From a virus (taxonomy: Duplodnaviria > Heunggongvirae > Uroviricota > Caudoviricetes), in IMG/VR virus record IMGVR_UViG_2711768056_000010: a DNA stretch of 33,498 nt, one strand, 5' to 3'. The position numbers and the translations under genes are program-made. Below are positions 1-9,581 of this stretch, in pieces. The notes under the pieces are model-generated. The model worked only from the letters and a program-made list of their open reading frames with translations, was not told the origin of the DNA and did not search any database. Position 1 is the first letter of the stretch. Each line of letters starts with the position of its first letter.

Positions 1-483
1 ATGACGAAGAAAAAAGCACATAAACCTGGTTCAGCGACCATCGCGCTTAACAAGCGCGCCCGTCACGAATACTTTATCGAAGAAGAGTTCGAGGCGGGAC
101 TTGCCCTGCAAGGCTGGGAGGTTAAATCCCTGCGCGCAGGAAAAGCCAATATCAGCGACAGCTACGTCCTTCTGCGTGACGGAGAGGCATTTCTGTTTGG
201 CGCTAACATCACGCCAATGGCTGTGGCCTCCACGCATGTGGTGTGCGATCCTACCCGTACCCGCAAGTTACTTCTCAACCAGCGCGAACTGGACTCATTG
301 TACGGTCGCGTCAATCGAGAAGGCTATACCGTAGTGGCGCTCTCCCTGTACTGGAAAAATGCCTGGTGCAAAGTAAAAATCGGCGTCGCCAAAGGTAAGA
401 AACAGCATGATAAACGTTCAGATATCAAAGAACGCGAATGGCAGGTGGATAAAGCGCGTATCATGAAAAACGCCCACCGTTAA
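1..483 (+). CDS. smpB: SsrA-binding protein SmpB
   Basis: 160-aa ORF from ATG at 1; sequence recognised as enterobacterial SmpB; immediately upstream of the tmRNA gene as in E. coli/Salmonella. Confidence 0.96.
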
Positions 484-697
484 ACCTGCACTGCAATTAT
501 TGACCAGTTCCTCACCGCGCCTCCCTCTCCGGCGGCGCGAATGAACATCTTATTGGCTATCACTTCCGACACAAATGTTGCCATCCCATTGCTTAATCGA
601 ATAAAAATCAGGCTACATGGGTGCTAAATCTTTAATGATAACGCCATTGAGGCTGGTCATGGCACTCATGAATCTGGTATACTTACCGTCACACATT

Positions 698-1060
698 GGG
701 GCTGATTCTGGATTCGACGGGATTTGCGAAACCCAAGGTGCATGCCGAGGGGCGGTTGGCCTCGTAAAAAGCCGCAAAAAATAGTCGCAAACGACGAAAA
801 CTACGCTTTAGCAGCTTAATAACCTGCTTAGAGCCCTCTCTCCCTAGCCTCCGCTCTTAGGACGGGGATCAAGAGAGGTCAAACCCAAAAGAGATCGCGT
901 GGAAGCCCTGCCTGGGGTTGAAGCGTTAAAACTTAATCAGGCTAGTTTGTTAGTGGCGTGTCCGTCCGCAGCTGGCAAGCGAATGTAAAGACTGACTAAG
1001 CATGTAGTACCGAGGATGTAGGAATTTCGGACGCGGGTTCAACTCCCGCCAGCTCCACCA
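698..1060 (+). ncRNA. ssrA: tmRNA (transfer-messenger RNA, SsrA)
   Basis: Begins GGGGCTGATTCTGGATTCGACGG, contains the tag-reading frame GCAAACGACGAAAACTACGCTTTAGCAGCTTAA (ANDENYALAA*) and ends ...GGGTTCAACTCCCGCCAGCTCCACCA; 363 nt, matches enterobacterial ssrA from memory. Confidence 0.95.
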
Positions 1061-1070
1061 AATAAATCAA

Positions 1071-1103
1071 GGGGTTACGTGAAAGCGTAGCCCCTTTTTC
1101 TTT
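1071..1103 (+). terminator. Rho-independent terminator downstream of ssrA
   Basis: Stem GGGGTTACG / CGTAGCCCC (one G-U pair) with 6-nt loop, followed by TTTTTCTTT. Confidence 0.65.
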
Positions 1104-1183
1104 GGTAGTGGCGGCAAAATGGCGACAGACTTTTGCGTCCATCTTGCCTGTCGCCATCTTGAAATCATGCAAAGAGGTTTCAC

Positions 1184-1666
1184 ATGGAAGAACTTCACTT
1201 TGTTTACATCAATGCAAATGGTCGTATCGCTGTTCACTCTATACAGAGCATCAGTTATAGCGAAAATCATATACAGGGCATTTGTAAGAACACCGATCGA
1301 ATAAAAACCTTCCGAAAAGACCGCATTCTTAAACAGTACGATTCACCAGAACAAGCCATTCAGGAATGCGCGTCATTCCTCCCCGAAAGCTACTCACATC
1401 TCACTAAGCAGTCTGGTCCGAAAAAAAATACATTCGATGTGTGTTTCACCGGATTTAAGAAAGCAGATAAAGAAAGATTGGTTGATAAGGCGAATGAACA
1501 AGGATTAACGGTAAGAACCTCTATAACCCAAAGCCTTCAGATGCTCTGTTGCGGTTACAATGCAGGCCCATCAAAAGTATCGGCAGCCAGGATGAAAGGC
1601 ACAATCATCATAGATGAGCCTGGCTTTATACATTTTCTTGAAACGGGTGAGATCCCAGATGAATAA
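1184..1666 (+). CDS. Hypothetical protein with C-terminal BRCT-like domain (prophage cargo)
   Basis: ATG at 1184 preceded by AAGAGG; about 40% GC; C-terminal segment FTGF..ADKERLVDKANEQGLTV...GYNAGPSKVSAARMKGTIIIDEPGFIHFL aligns by eye with the BRCT domain of NAD-dependent ligase LigA. Confidence 0.55.
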   Translation: MEELHFVYINANGRIAVHSIQSISYSENHIQGICKNTDRIKTFRKDRILKQYDSPEQAIQECASFLPESYSHLTKQSGPKKNTFDVCFTGFKKADKERLVDKANEQGLTVRTSITQSLQMLCCGYNAGPSKVSAARMKGTIIIDEPGFIHFLETGEIPDE

Positions 1667-1694
1667 AAACCTGCCGTAGCAGGTTCTCTTTCTC
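1664..1694. terminator. Bidirectional hairpin between convergent BRCT gene and ogr
   Basis: AACCTGC-cgta-GCAGGTT stem-loop flanked by an A-run on one side and a T-rich run on the other, between two convergent stops. Confidence 0.55.
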
Positions 1695-1911
1695 AAAAAT
1701 TCATATGCCCCTGACCACCTGGCAATGGATGTGGAGGAGCAGTAGCAATCAGTGCGGGTGTCACAATAAACCGGACCACTGTTTCATGAGTAACAAAAGT
1801 GCTCCCGCAGTTAATATTTTGGCACTGGCAGTAACGCTCTTTGGTGCTTTCAGTTACTTGAAAACTGCTCCTTGTGTGTGCCGCATGACCACACTTTGGA
1901 CAATTCATCAT
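1693..1911 (-). CDS. ogr: Ogr/Delta-type zinc-finger late-gene transcription activator
   Basis: MNCPKCGHAAHTRSS...ERYCQCQNINCGSTF matches the C-x2-C...C-x4-C signature of P2 Ogr; ORF-track start trimmed to the tandem ATGs at 1911/1908; lies downstream of D as in P2. Confidence 0.85.
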   Translation of the reverse strand: MMNCPKCGHAAHTRSSFQVTESTKERYCQCQNINCGSTFVTHETVVRFIVTPALIATAPPHPLPGGQGHMNF

Positions 1912-1979
1912 ATCCAGATCCCTACCTTTGCTATCAGAATCATTGTAATGATACACAAAATATCAATATTGAGAACACT

Positions 1980-3080
1980 TTATTCCATTTCAAGATCATC
2001 AATCTTCACTTCGAGTTCAATACTGGTTGTAAAACCGTTATCCGGGCTGACGGTATGTGTCAGAGTCGTAATGGTCCATTCCGCATCATCTATCGGCTGT
2101 TTAAAACCACTGACCTTCACAGGCATTTCCGTGTAGAGATCTGCCCGCCCTTCTGCCAGTTGTAGCGAAAATGACGCAACGCCGCGTTGCAGGCGTTCCC
2201 ACTGCATTTTCGCCGCTCGTTCGGCGTTGCTCCGGTTGGCATAAGTGCGATTAAGTACCAGCACGTTTTCATCCGTACCCACCAGGTAATCGCCCTGCTT
2301 CGCTTCTGGCTCTTTCTTCTGCTTCTTAGTTCTGCGCTTACGCTTCACCGTGGTGCTTTCTTTCTTCGCAGGTTCGCGGGTATGCAACCAGCTGGCAATT
2401 ACGCCCGTGTAGGCTCCGCGATCTGCCAGGGTAAATCGGTGACTGTCGCCGTCCTTGCGTGTGATAGTGATCACTGGCAGAGGTTTACCAGTGGCGCTTT
2501 TGCCCTGCCCCTGCCGGATGAATAACAGATTGCCATTTTTCACCGACGCGATGGCACCGTACTGTCGCGCCAGCCGCATCAGAAAATTGCCGTCACTCTC
2601 ATTAGTCTGGTCTATATGCTCCACGGGCTTATCCGACAGGTCTTTACCCAGTGCCATCTTCAGCTTGTGCCGCGCGGCTATTTCCTTCACCACTTCCCCG
2701 ACGGTGGTCTTATGCCACGATTTTTCACGGCGGGTATTCAGCGTTTCCCGAAAATCAGCACTTCGCGCCCGGATAGTCAGGCGGTCCGGTGCGCCAGTGT
2801 GTTCAATCTCGTCCACTGTGAATGCCCCTTTCGGGAAAAGCGGCTGCCCCTTCCAGCCCAGCGCCAGCGTAATAACCGCACCACGGCGCGGCAGCACGAT
2901 TTTTCCGTCAGCGTCATCCAGCTCCAGATCAAGCTGGTCCGCTTCAAAGCCCCGGTTATCCGTCAGCGTCAAACTCATCAGGCGGTTATCCAGCACAGTG
3001 GTGATATCCCTGCCCTCAATACTGATGCTGAATGCGGGAGTTTTGTTGCCTTTGTTAAGCAGTTCAGAGCTGAAATTCAC
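1980..3080 (-). CDS. D: Tail protein D (late control D)
   Basis: 366 aa, position and sequence consistent with P2 gpD; follows U. Confidence 0.85.
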   Translation of the reverse strand: MNFSSELLNKGNKTPAFSISIEGRDITTVLDNRLMSLTLTDNRGFEADQLDLELDDADGKIVLPRRGAVITLALGWKGQPLFPKGAFTVDEIEHTGAPDRLTIRARSADFRETLNTRREKSWHKTTVGEVVKEIAARHKLKMALGKDLSDKPVEHIDQTNESDGNFLMRLARQYGAIASVKNGNLLFIRQGQGKSATGKPLPVITITRKDGDSHRFTLADRGAYTGVIASWLHTREPAKKESTTVKRKRRTKKQKKEPEAKQGDYLVGTDENVLVLNRTYANRSNAERAAKMQWERLQRGVASFSLQLAEGRADLYTEMPVKVSGFKQPIDDAEWTITTLTHTVSPDNGFTTSIELEVKIDDLEME

Positions 3081-3562
3081 GACAGCAGCCCTCCCACCGT
3101 TTTACTGATATCGCTTAAGGCAGACGTTGCCGTGTCCTGCAAATTATTCAGTTGCGCACTGAGATCACCGAACATATCGGACAGGGATTCATCCACTCGT
3201 TTGAGCGACAGGGTGAACTCAATCCGGCGCGGCATACCGTCGCGGAAAAACTCCGTTTTAGTCTGATTCAGTCCCTCAATCACATACATGCCGTAAATCG
3301 TGCCGCTGCCTTCAATCAGGGGCCATGCTTTCCCCTGTTCTGCCATCTGCTCCAGTGCCAGCAACGACAGCCTGCCGCCTGTTATTTCCGGCATAAGAAC
3401 ACCGGAAAGCGTCAGCATGTCGTTTTCCGGTCCCAGAAACTGCGTGGACGGACGTCGGTTTACCCGACTGTTTGCCGCATGTCGCCAGCTGCGTTGATAC
3501 TGCAGTTCCTGATACGGAACGGTGCGCAGCATAAACACGTACAATCCCAGCACCATCATCAT
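3077..3562 (-). CDS. U: Tail protein U
   Basis: 161 aa starting MMMVLGLYVF...; P2 gpU-like; stop overlaps D start. Confidence 0.85.
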   Translation of the reverse strand: MMMVLGLYVFMLRTVPYQELQYQRSWRHAANSRVNRRPSTQFLGPENDMLTLSGVLMPEITGGRLSLLALEQMAEQGKAWPLIEGSGTIYGMYVIEGLNQTKTEFFRDGMPRRIEFTLSLKRVDESLSDMFGDLSAQLNNLQDTATSALSDISKTVGGLLS

Positions 3563-6500
3563 GCGTCGTATCCCCCCTGATCGCTGTAGTTACTCCTGGC
3601 TTTTGCCTTCAGCCTGCGTTCACGTTCATCAAGCTGGCGTGCCACCTCCCGCGCAATATCCTGCGCACTTTGTCCTGGCTGCGTCTGAATGATGATCTGC
3701 GTCGGTGCCTCAATCCGTTGAACGAGCGGCACAGTGGCTGCGCGACTCAAAATTGCTTCTCCACCTTTCGCGGGAAGTGCCAAAGGGTGCAACGGTGGAA
3801 GCTCTGCTGGCGCGGCAGCAACGCCCATCATTCCGGCAACAACGGCAGCCAGTGCAGCTGTATTTCTCCGGCTGGTCACATTTGCCGGGCCGTTAACAAT
3901 TTCCGGCCCGTTTTCACCGACGATGCCAAACTGCCCGCGCGGGATATACCCGCCGCTGTCATACATCCCCGCAAAGCCATATCCCCATGATGGAAAACCA
4001 CCCGATGGCATCATCACTTTACCGTCTGCATTCACCGTCGCAGGTTGCTGACGCGTCACGCTTTCCGGCAGTTTTGCCTTTGCGGCCTCTTTACTGACAA
4101 TGCCGAGCTTCTCCAGCAACCAGGAAACGCCAGATTTCAGGGAGTCCAGCGGATGCATGACCATATTCAGCCCTTCCGCCAGTGCCTCCCCGAATCGCCG
4201 CCCCATTGCCGCTGCGCTCTGCAGTTCGGCAGAGGTCGACTTAACGGGCGTCAGCAGATCAGTAAACCAGCCCCACAGCGCCTGCACTTTGTCGCCAATC
4301 CACTGGAACACGGGCTTAAGCGGTTCGAACGCTGCACTGATGGGACCTGCCGCCGCTTTGAATCCTTCCACCACGCCACCGAGAAATGCGGTGATGGGTT
4401 GCCAGTATTTCCAGACAACCAGCGCCACGCCCGCCAGTGCAGTAACCACAAGACCTATCGGACTGAGCAGAGCACCTAACAGACCAGATATGGCATACAG
4501 GGCAACGCGCAGCATCGCCAGCGGGCCGGATGCGAGCACACGCAGCACCGCGCCTGCGGCAGCCAGCCCACCGCGTAGTGCTGCCAGTGGATTCATAAAC
4601 ATCACAGCAACAGCACGTAAACCGGATAATCCAGACCGCAAAAGTGCAACCGGCGCACCTGCTACAGTTTTCAGGACATTCCCCATCAGTGATACCGTGC
4701 GACGCAAAGACGACAACGGAGCAGTAAGTAAACCCGCTGCGTTGCCCGATGAAGCAAGCCCGCGTCGCAGCAGTGCCAGTGGTGCGCCAGCCAGCCAGGA
4801 CAACGCGCTGCTGGTTCGAGTTACTGCTGCCGTAACGGAAGGTAACGTTTTGATACCCAGCACAGAGAATCCCAGACGGATCACTGCCAGCGGCCCCAGC
4901 ACTGCAGCCAGCGCCACCGCTAAGGTGCCGAGGCCTACGGTAACCGCAGCCACAACAGCCACTACTTTCATCAGTGTGCCTGTCAGTTCCGGGTTAGCTT
5001 CCACCCAGCGGCGCAACGCCCCCGTGACGCTTTTCACCGTGTACAGAATATCCATCAGCGGCTGGCGCAGCGTTTCGCCCAGGCTGCTGAAGGTGTTCTG
5101 CGCTCCGGTTTTGACCAGCAACCACTGAGCAGAAAGTGAGTCTTTGTTGATGTCGGATTCTTTCTGCATCGAACCGAGCGCATCATTGCCCGCTGTCAGT
5201 TTTAGCTGGCGCTGTAGTTCCGGCAGGTTGTTTGCCAGTTTCGCCGCGTCATCGCCAAACTCTTTACCAAACAACATGGTCATGGCAGACAGACGCTTGT
5301 CCTGCGGCAGTGCGTTCACCTTCTCCAGTACACGCTGGATGGTTCCCATCGCATCCTTCGTCATCTGCTTTTCAATCACTTCAGGATTGAGTTTCAGCAG
5401 ATTCATCCCTTCAAAGAAACTCTTGCTTTGCATGGTGGCAATGGACAATTCACGCACCATCGCGTTTGCTGCACTGGCTGCAACCTCCGGCGCAGCGCCC
5501 AGTGTCAGAAAGGTGGAACCCAGTGCCGCCGCTTTACGATAATCCAGACGGTCAGCCACACCGCCCAGACGTTGCATCACATCAATGATGTCCGCCCCTT
5601 TCGACATGGCGTTATCATCCAGATAGTTCAGCGCATCGCCGAGCTGTTCAATATTGCGGGTAGGTATTTTGTAGAGCTGGGCGATTTTCCCCAGACTTTC
5701 TGACAGTTCATCCGCTGGCAGCTCAAAGGCTGTTGCCGCCTTTGCTGCCGTACTGGCGAAGGCCAGCAGGTCACGTTTCTGGTCTTCCCAGCTGTCGTCA
5801 GGGTTTGCCACGTTCATGCGCGCACCACCTTCAACCAGTGCAGCGAAGTCCACCGCACCGTTTTCCATCGGCAACTGTTCGCTGGCAGCCTTGATGGCAT
5901 CCTGCATTTCGTAAAAACGCGCAGTGCGGTTGCCATTATCGTCACGCAGACCATTGACCTGCTTTGCCACACCTTTCATGGCATCTTCCATGCTGGTATA
6001 GCTTTTTACCGCCGCCATCACTGGCGCGCCCATTGCCAGCCCTGCAGCCGTGGTGGTGGCTCCGGCTCCTGCGATACGATCGCGCACTTCAAGCCGTCTT
6101 GAGTATTGTTCTCTGGCAGCGTTCATCCGTGCCTGTTGTTCACCCAGACGTTTAAGTGCTTTTTGCTGGCCCTCCAGTGCCTGCCTTGTTTCTTCAGCAT
6201 TTTTCTTAAGTTCTCGCTGGGCACTACTGAGTTGCCTGGTATCAATCCCTGATTCTTTAAGTGCCTGACGTTGTCTCTGGACCGCCCCCAACAAGCCGTT
6301 ATAGGTCTGCTGAAGTTCCTGTACTCGTGTTTTGGCCTGACTGAATAACTTTGCCTGCGCGGCGGTTGGCCTGTTAGTGGCAGCAAATTGTGTGGCGAGT
6401 TTTGCCGCCTCTTCGCGGGCTGCGTTCAGGTTGTTGGCTGTTATGGCTAGTTGCGAGCGCGTCTTGCGAAACTCATCAATTCTGCCAGCCTGCTTATTCA

Positions 6501-6636
6501 GTTCTTTGAGGCTGTTTCTGGTATTCTGAATTGCGCCAGCCAGCTCTTTCGAACTGGCCTGTGCAGCACGGAATGGGCGGGTGAGTTTGTCAACCGCATT
6601 AAGAATGACCTGCAGACGCAGGTTGTTATCACTCAT
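3559..6636 (-). CDS. T: Tail tape measure protein T
   Basis: 1025 aa, Ala/Leu/Gln-rich with an N-terminal coiled-coil-like region and hydrophobic Gly/Ala repeats; sits between E/E' and U. Confidence 0.9.
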   Translation of the reverse strand: MSDNNLRLQVILNAVDKLTRPFRAAQASSKELAGAIQNTRNSLKELNKQAGRIDEFRKTRSQLAITANNLNAAREEAAKLATQFAATNRPTAAQAKLFSQAKTRVQELQQTYNGLLGAVQRQRQALKESGIDTRQLSSAQRELKKNAEETRQALEGQQKALKRLGEQQARMNAAREQYSRRLEVRDRIAGAGATTTAAGLAMGAPVMAAVKSYTSMEDAMKGVAKQVNGLRDDNGNRTARFYEMQDAIKAASEQLPMENGAVDFAALVEGGARMNVANPDDSWEDQKRDLLAFASTAAKAATAFELPADELSESLGKIAQLYKIPTRNIEQLGDALNYLDDNAMSKGADIIDVMQRLGGVADRLDYRKAAALGSTFLTLGAAPEVAASAANAMVRELSIATMQSKSFFEGMNLLKLNPEVIEKQMTKDAMGTIQRVLEKVNALPQDKRLSAMTMLFGKEFGDDAAKLANNLPELQRQLKLTAGNDALGSMQKESDINKDSLSAQWLLVKTGAQNTFSSLGETLRQPLMDILYTVKSVTGALRRWVEANPELTGTLMKVVAVVAAVTVGLGTLAVALAAVLGPLAVIRLGFSVLGIKTLPSVTAAVTRTSSALSWLAGAPLALLRRGLASSGNAAGLLTAPLSSLRRTVSLMGNVLKTVAGAPVALLRSGLSGLRAVAVMFMNPLAALRGGLAAAGAVLRVLASGPLAMLRVALYAISGLLGALLSPIGLVVTALAGVALVVWKYWQPITAFLGGVVEGFKAAAGPISAAFEPLKPVFQWIGDKVQALWGWFTDLLTPVKSTSAELQSAAAMGRRFGEALAEGLNMVMHPLDSLKSGVSWLLEKLGIVSKEAAKAKLPESVTRQQPATVNADGKVMMPSGGFPSWGYGFAGMYDSGGYIPRGQFGIVGENGPEIVNGPANVTSRRNTAALAAVVAGMMGVAAAPAELPPLHPLALPAKGGEAILSRAATVPLVQRIEAPTQIIIQTQPGQSAQDIAREVARQLDERERRLKAKARSNYSDQGGYDA

Positions 6637-7065
6637 CGTTGGCCCCGCTTCTCTGAATCGCTTTATACCGCCATTCCAGCACTTCGGTCAGCGGCATAAC
6701 GTCAGTAACGGATGGCGGCCAGTGAAAAATGGTGGCGATATCTGCCACCAGATCGTCAACCGTCAGGCTGTCGGTAAACCGGCAAGCACCGACTTCTTCA
6801 ACAAAAAAGTGACAACCTCAACCGACATGGCAGTGAGATCTGCCGGGTCCATCTCTGCAATTTCCTGTGCAGTCAGTGCCGGGCTGGAGATGCGGGGGAT
6901 CACGGTCATCATCGCGTTCACATCCATATCCATAATGGCCTGCAGGCGTGTACCGCGTAGCGCACCAGACTGCGGTTTACGCAGCACAATTTCGGTGATT
7001 TCTGTTTTACCGCGCTTGATGGGGGTATCCAGTTGAATGGTCTTTTCAGTCTGCTTATCGCTCAT
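6629..7065 (-). CDS. E': Tail assembly chaperone E+E' (-1 programmed frameshift product)
   Basis: Minus-strand heptamer T_TTT_TTG (plus coordinates 6802-6808); the -1 frame stays open for about 46 codons and ends at TGA overlapping the T start (ATGAGTGA), the classical P2 E/E' arrangement. Confidence 0.7.
6763..7065 (-). CDS. E: Tail assembly chaperone E
   Basis: 100-aa ORF upstream of T; contains TTTTTTG slippery heptamer near its 3' end. Confidence 0.85.
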   Translation of the reverse strand: MSDKQTEKTIQLDTPIKRGKTEITEIVLRKPQSGALRGTRLQAIMDMDVNAMMTVIPRISSPALTAQEIAEMDPADLTAMSVEVVTFLLKKSVLAGLPTA

Positions 7066-7119
7066 TTTACTGTCCTGTCAATTGGGTTCTGGCGCGGTAT
7101 CCCGCGCCGTTCAGATATA

Positions 7120-7635
7120 TCAGAGGCCGAGGGCGTTGCGGTGCGCTTCCATCAGGTCCACACCGTCCACAGTTTCCACCATGTTGATAAGGTCCACTTC
7201 ATAGAGCACCTCACCATTGATGGTCAGCTTCGCGTAGCTGTTGGTACTGGTCACTTTGGTCGTGTTGCTTTCGCCCGTCTTCCACTCGCCGGAATCCACT
7301 TCTTTGTGACGTCCACGCACGACAAGCTCCACGGCCTGCACTTCCCCGGTATCGTCACGCTGAATAGAGCCGGTAAAGCGCAGCTGGATGCCATCCACCG
7401 TGGCTTTACCCATCTGTTTAAACAGCAGCAATTCAGTACCACCAATGGAAAATTCTGTGTCCAGCGCACTGTCATCAAGCCCCAGATCCACATCCACCGC
7501 ACCCGGCATTCCGCCGCCGCGATACTTCTCATATTTGCGGGTAAATTTCGGCAGCGTCAGCGACTCAACGATCCCCTGCCAGTTGTTCCCGTCGTTAAAC
7601 AGGTTCAGGTGTTTTAATTTGCGTGGTAAAGCCAT
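7120..7635 (-). CDS. FII: Tail tube protein FII
   Basis: 171 aa; P2 FII-like; immediately downstream of the sheath gene. Confidence 0.88.
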   Translation of the reverse strand: MALPRKLKHLNLFNDGNNWQGIVESLTLPKFTRKYEKYRGGGMPGAVDVDLGLDDSALDTEFSIGGTELLLFKQMGKATVDGIQLRFTGSIQRDDTGEVQAVELVVRGRHKEVDSGEWKTGESNTTKVTSTNSYAKLTINGEVLYEVDLINMVETVDGVDLMEAHRNALGL

Positions 7636-7644
7636 GTTGTCCCC

Positions 7645-8817
7645 TTACGCGCTGACCTGGCTGGCGAAATTCACCAGGTACTGATCGGTGATGCGCTGAC
7701 GCAGCATCAGGTTTTCAAGTGGCGGCACTGGCGTGTAGTCGTAGTCGATGGTGAGTTTTCCGGCTTTCAGCGTGTCTTTGTCGTTCACCGACTCATCCAG
7801 CCAGCAATCACCACCAATGAGATAGCCCTGACTGACCAGGCTGCGCATTTTGGCGCGGATACCTTCGATAATGTCGCGGGCCAGCGACGGGTTAAGCGGT
7901 TTATCCACCGCCCACATGTGTGCTTCTGCCATCGTGTCCATCAGCACCTGCGCCGTGCGGGTGTAGTTTTCGAAGGCAAAGAGCGGGTCATCACTCAGGC
8001 AGCGGGAACCCCAGAAGCGGAAACCGTCTTTACGCACAAGCGTGGTGACGTCGTTCTGGTTCAGCAGACCTGCATCGGTTGCCGGGTCCTGCAGATCCCA
8101 GAACACATCTGCAGAAATTCCGGTGACACCGTTCACGCCCACGTTGGACAGGCTTTTGTGCCATCCGGTCTGCTCGTCAATTTTGGCGCGCAGACCAAGC
8201 GCACGGGCGGTGGCATATGCCGTTGCTTCGGCATTCAGCACCGTGTCCCAGCCAGTAAAGTCAGGCCAGATCAGCATCCCTTCGCGCTGGCTGAAGTTTT
8301 CGCGGTAAGTGATCGCCTCCTGCACTGTCTTGCAGCCATACGCTGACAGGTAAGCAAATCCACGCAGGCTTTGCGCCACGCTCAGCAACTCAGTAGCTAC
8401 CGCCTTGGTGTCGTGGCCTGGCACGCCGAGAATGCGCGGTTTAACGCCGAGCTGTGACTGGGCAGATAACAGGGCTTTCATACCTGTTTTTTTACCTTCA
8501 GCAGTCACTGCGCCGATGATATTGGTCGTGGTTTCGTCTTCCGTTTCACCCTGCGGCACACGCACAACAATGGTCACGGGTTTTGCCTGGTCAGCGATGG
8601 CATCCAGCGAACGGGCCAGAGTACCTGACTCACCCGCTTTACCGCTGGCAGTCAGCACATCAGTGATCAGCACGGGTTTATTAAGAGGAAACATTTTTGC
8701 ATCGGCATCATCGCCCGTGCAGACCATACCCACGATGGCGGTGCTCACCGTGGTAATAGATCGGGTGCCTTCGTTGACTTCAACAACGCGCACCCCGTGG
8801 TGGTAATCCTGAGCCAT
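7645..8817 (-). CDS. FI: Contractile tail sheath protein FI
   Basis: 390 aa; P2 FI-like; ATG at 8817. Confidence 0.9.
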   Translation of the reverse strand: MAQDYHHGVRVVEVNEGTRSITTVSTAIVGMVCTGDDADAKMFPLNKPVLITDVLTASGKAGESGTLARSLDAIADQAKPVTIVVRVPQGETEDETTTNIIGAVTAEGKKTGMKALLSAQSQLGVKPRILGVPGHDTKAVATELLSVAQSLRGFAYLSAYGCKTVQEAITYRENFSQREGMLIWPDFTGWDTVLNAEATAYATARALGLRAKIDEQTGWHKSLSNVGVNGVTGISADVFWDLQDPATDAGLLNQNDVTTLVRKDGFRFWGSRCLSDDPLFAFENYTRTAQVLMDTMAEAHMWAVDKPLNPSLARDIIEGIRAKMRSLVSQGYLIGGDCWLDESVNDKDTLKAGKLTIDYDYTPVPPLENLMLRQRITDQYLVNFASQVSA

Positions 8818-8893
8818 AGTGGCGAACCTCCTGATTGGATTAGGCTTCGCCCTATGTTGAAGTGATTGTGCCTGACAAACAGCTAAGCGCAGT

Positions 8894-8911
8894 TGTGTCG
8901 TTATTCACACA
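8894..8911 (-). promoter_or_regulatory. Candidate Ogr-dependent late promoter element (TGT-N12-ACA) upstream of FI
   Basis: TGTGTCGTTATTCACACA dyad about 80 bp upstream of the FI start, matching the P2 late-promoter activator-site pattern. Confidence 0.5.
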
Positions 8912-8959
8912 AAATAACGGTATTTGTCTGCTTGCAGGGATAATCAACATAATGCTGAT

Positions 8960-9526
8960 TCAGGGGGATTCATTGATCTTATTTGCCGGAAATTTTCTAT
9001 AAATGGTAGAAACGCCTACATCAAAAATCAGTGCAATACGCTGTCTTGATTCTCCGGCCTCGAGTAAACGCCCAATCTGTGCCCACTGTTCGGTGGTCAA
9101 CTTAGGACGGCGTCCACCTACTCTGCCTTTGGCACGAGCTGCAGCCAGCCCTGCCCTGGTACGTTCAACTATCAGTTCGCGTTCCATTTCAGCCAGGGCA
9201 CCCATGACATGAAAAAAGAAACGGCCCATTGGGGTACTGGTATCAATACTGTCAGTCAGGCTTCTGAAATTCACACCACGCTGGCGCAACTCTTCTATCA
9301 GCGTAACAAGATGCCGCATACTGCGCCCCAACCTGTCCAGCTTCCAGACAACCAGCGTGTCTCCTGCCGATAGTGTCCTGAGTAGTTTTTTCAGCCCCGG
9401 TCTGTCGGACTTAATGCCACTGATTTTGTCCTCAAAAATCCGCTCACATCCCGCGCAGTTCAGTGCATTACGTTGCAAATCGGTGTTCTGGTCATTTGTT
9501 GACACGCGTACATAGCCAATAAGCAT
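8960..9526 (-). CDS. Serine DNA invertase (Hin/Gin/Cin/Pin family)
   Basis: MLIGYVRVSTNDQ...GDTLVVWKLDRLGRS...C-terminal HTH; ORF-track TTG start trimmed to ATG at 9526 with AGGGGA Shine-Dalgarno sequence. Confidence 0.9.
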   Translation of the reverse strand: MLIGYVRVSTNDQNTDLQRNALNCAGCERIFEDKISGIKSDRPGLKKLLRTLSAGDTLVVWKLDRLGRSMRHLVTLIEELRQRGVNFRSLTDSIDTSTPMGRFFFHVMGALAEMERELIVERTRAGLAAARAKGRVGGRRPKLTTEQWAQIGRLLEAGESRQRIALIFDVGVSTIYRKFPANKINESP

Positions 9527-9581
9527 GATCAATCCCCTGAATAAAAACCGGGGATGATGCCAGTTAGCCGTTATCTCTGCA

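Noticed and set aside
484-697. Possible ssrA promoter and smpB terminator in the smpB-ssrA spacer
   Set aside because: A TATACT -10-like hexamer is present at about 677-682 but no well-spaced -35 or clean terminator hairpin could be assigned by eye; left unannotated.
4100-5128. 342-aa plus-strand ORF (and neighbours 3734-4051, 4045-4479, 5144-5542) inside the tape measure gene
   Set aside because: Antisense shadow ORFs within a GC-rich, well-supported minus-strand gene; Ser/Ala/Pro/Arg-rich low-complexity translations, no ribosome-binding sites.
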